IMG/VR virus record: IMGVR_UViG_3300031760_000027
Span: 1-20,158 of that record
Origin: a virus
Lineage: Duplodnaviria; Heunggongvirae; Uroviricota; Caudoviricetes
DNA: 20,158 bases
Direction: 5' to 3' (one strand)
The position numbers were made by a program, and so were the translations under genes. This document shows positions 17,080 through 20,158 of this stretch, in pieces (position 1 is the first letter of the stretch; each line of letters starts with the position of its first letter). The notes beneath the pieces are model-generated. The model had not been told where the DNA came from and ran no database searches. It saw nothing but the letters and a program-made list of their open reading frames with translations.

Positions 17080-20000
17080 AAGAATCGTGCGTCAATAGCC
17101 GCGAGTCTGTTACAATCTCCAGAAATGCTTAAAGAAGCTTATGCTGAAGCTTTAGATGCTGAAGGTTCTGCCGCTATTGAAAATGAAAAATATATGAATA
17201 GTGTTGAAGGGCATTTAATTAAATTAAAAAATGCTTGGGAAGAACTTTGGGCTAATGTATCAACTAGAGAATTTGTAAATGGAGTTATTGATTTAGGAAC
17301 TGGCTTATTAGAAATAGTAAATCATTTAGGAATCATAAAATCTACTCTTGTTGCTTTAGGGGCTTTAGACATAGTTAAATGGATGTTTATGGGTTCTGGT
17401 GGCAAAAAGTCTTCATTATTTGGCGGACTTGTTAATAGTTTACTTCAGTTTAATACTAAGGGAGGTATTAAAGGACTTCTTACAGGTGGACTTGAGGGGG
17501 CTACAGAAACAGCTATTAAAGGAGCAGGAGAAGCAACATCTACTGAAGTTTTAGAAGGGGCTTTAAGCGAAGCCGCAGGGAATTCTGTAGTAAAAGGTGC
17601 TGAAGAAGGTATTTTTAAAGGGCTTGCTTCATCTGGAATAGGAAAAATTGTTGGAAGTATAGGTAGTTCTATAACAAGTTTACTTCCTATTGTAGGTTAT
17701 TTAGCCGCAATTGCAGGAGCAATAGCAATTATTTATTCTGCCCTTAAAGCAGGTCAAAAACAGATAGATAAAATGAATCTTTCTGTTAAAGAAACTAGAG
17801 ATGAAGCTAAAAGTTTAGTTAATAATTATCAAACATCTCAAAAAAATAATAATGCTAATAAAGCAAAAACTGAAGAATTAAGTGATAGATATACTGAACT
17901 TTCTAAAGGGGTTAACCTTTCTAATAACCAGAATCTTACTTTAACAAATGAAGAATATAGCGAATATCTTTCTATTTGTAATGATATTGCAAATATGTAT
18001 CCTAGATTAGTTTCTGGATATGATGCTCAAGGTAATGCTATTCTTAAACTTAAAGGGAATGTAGAGCAATTAACAGAAGCATATAAGCAAGAACAAATAA
18101 CTGCCGCTAGGACTTTAATTCAAGGTGGAGAAAATAAAGAAGATTCACGGTCTATTTGGGATGATTTTCAACATTATAAAGAAAATGACCAACCTGTTGC
18201 ACAAAGAAGAAGAGATTTATTAAATCTTATATTAAATAGTCCAAATGCTCAAGAAGAAGTTAACAAAATATTAAATACCGCAGATTATTATAGTACATCT
18301 GAAATTGACCCAGAACGACAAGAAATTTTTGACCAAAAAGTAATGCTTAAATATGACCTTGGTTTTTCTGTTGATATGGATGAAACTTCTTTTAATGAAG
18401 CTGTTGATAGATTAAAAGCTTCGGCTGAAGAAGCGGAAGTAGAAGCTGAATCAACTTATCAACGAATGGAAGCTATGGGGCAATCTTTCGCTATTGTTAA
18501 TGAAAAATATTGGGATTTAGATGAAACACAACAAGGTTTTATTACTTCAGCTATTAATAACATGGATAGAGAAACATTATCAGGCTTTGAGAGTTATGAA
18601 AGTTATTATAATTATATCAATGACCTTGTTGAACTTGCTAATAATGCTTTTATTAGTAATGAATCTGTTTTTGACGAACAATGGCAAAATATATTGAATC
18701 AAGATGGTTTAGATTATGCAATAGATAATTATGAAAATTCACTTAATAAATTAGAAGAATTAGGCTATAAACAAGAAGATATTATAGACCTTATAAATCA
18801 AGATACTGTAAAAGTAGGTAATGTTAATCTTAGTACAGATAGAGCAATCAATTGGGGCGAAGACCCTACTAAAAATGAAAATTTTGCTAATTTACAAACT
18901 TGGTATGATAAATCTGCGGAACAATTAGCTAGACAATTTAAAAATACGACCTCTACTGTTCTTGGTACTTCTGACGTTTTTACTTTTGGAGATAATGAAG
19001 AAATTGAACTTTCTTTTGCCATGGTTACTGAAGATGGACAAGTGTTGAGTTCAGATACTGTTTATGATTATATTAATAATATTATTGATACGGCAAATAA
19101 AAATAATGAACCTATAACTATAGACACCATTTTAAAGTATGATAGCGATGTAGAGAATGGTGGTATGAACATTATTGCAGGTGCAGGAAAAGAAGCGGGC
19201 GATGCCATGCACGAAATAGAAATCCTTAAAGGTTTCGGTAATGTTGAAGGGGTATATAAAACATTAGATAATTTAGCACAAAAAACAGGAAAATCAATTG
19301 ATGACTTCATTACAGAATATTATAAATTAGGTAGCTTAAAAGATATAAATACCTTTGGAGATGTCTATGCCGATATATTAAATCTTGGCTCTGGAAAAGG
19401 TAATTTAGCGAATGCGAAAACCATGAAGGAATTCCAAGGAATTGCTGATTTTTATCGCCAAGTTTTTGTAGACCAATTTAAAGAAGAAATTGGTGAAGAT
19501 GCAAGTATAGACCTTTTTAATTCCATATTTGATGACCAAGGCAGAAGTGATTTAACAAAGAACTTCAGTGATATGTTACAACAAAAATGGTTATTAGACC
19601 CTAACAGTTCTGGTTATCAAAAATATATGGAACAATTTGAGAATTATAGCTATGATGAAGCTAAAGCTTATGCGAATGCTTTTTCAAAAATAGATAGTTT
19701 ATCTGATGCTGAGATTCAACAAGAATTTTCTAAAGGTTTACGAGATACTGCCGCAGGTGCTTATCAAGCTACTTTAAATATTGAAGAAGAAACCGCCGCT
19801 ATAAATAGTTTAAATTCTGCCATGGCTTCTTCTAATGGTGCAACTGGATTATCGTCTGAAGAAATAACGAATGTAGAGACTTTATATAAAGATTTAGCAG
19901 GTTATGATGCTTCTGAATTATTTGAATCAACAGCTAATGGTGTTCACTTAAACCAAAAGGAATTAAGAAAATTAAATAAAGAATATCAAAAATCTAAAGT

Positions 20001-20158
20001 TAAACAACAAAGTAAACAATATGATGAATTACAAAAACAATTATCAGATAGTAAAGATGCTTTAAAAGATTTAAAAGCCCAATATGAACAAGGAGATACA
20101 TCTATATTAGATGAAATTAATGCTGAAAATAGACGTAAAGAGGGTATTGAAGAAAATA
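17080..20158 (+). CDS. Tape measure protein, exon 2 (runs off the right edge)
   Basis: No stop found in the stretches I translated by hand from AAG 17080, and the frame is still open at the window end (1,026 codons): KNRASIAASLLQSPEMLKEAY...ENEKYMNSVEGHLIKLKNAWEELW continues the TP901-type core. Hydrophobic segments follow (17344-17403, 17680-17745), then the TMP-type motif RYTELSKGV...GYDAQGNAIL. Absent from the ORF track because it has no stop codon in the window. Confidence 0.88.

Noticed and set aside
8791-19310. Minus-strand ORFs 8791-9063, 15166-15381, 18798-19022 and 19068-19310
   Set aside because: All are antisense to the TMP exons and read like reverse-complement shadows.
1-20158. 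Stop-codon reassignment or a CRISPR array
   Set aside because: Genes tile the + strand densely under the standard code, the only break is explained by the intron, and no regularly spaced direct repeats with unique spacers were seen.

Overview
This AT-rich window is the morphogenesis module of a large tailed (siphovirus-like) phage or prophage, probably infecting a Firmicute (strong GGAGG-type RBSs; SPbeta/Clostridium c-st-like gene order, recognised from memory). All credible genes are on the + strand. In order they are: the 3' part of a major capsid gene (running in from the left edge), head-completion/neck genes, a major tail protein, a small accessory block (Cys-rich Zn-binding protein, 73-aa protein, RuvC-like resolvase, two hypotheticals) and a very large tape measure protein (TMP) gene that runs off the right edge. 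The TMP gene is split by a 1,586-nt group I (IA2-like) intron at 15494-17079. P1, P2, P3, P4, P6a, P7, P8, P9, P10 and the terminal G can be read directly from the sequence. The intron carries a 382-aa HNH homing endonuclease ORF with three tandem Myb/HTH-like repeats. Splicing joins ...ETIAG to KNRASIAA... in frame and gives a TMP of at least 3,343 aa. The most unexplained structure is an intrinsic terminator at 6500-6539 whose entire loop is complementary to a 10-mer just upstream, which looks like an antitermination or RNA-switch element gating the downstream tail genes. The TMP also has candidate beta-clamp-binding motifs in a Pro-rich segment and ~110-aa internal repeats. Family assignments come from motif recognition only; no database searches were run.
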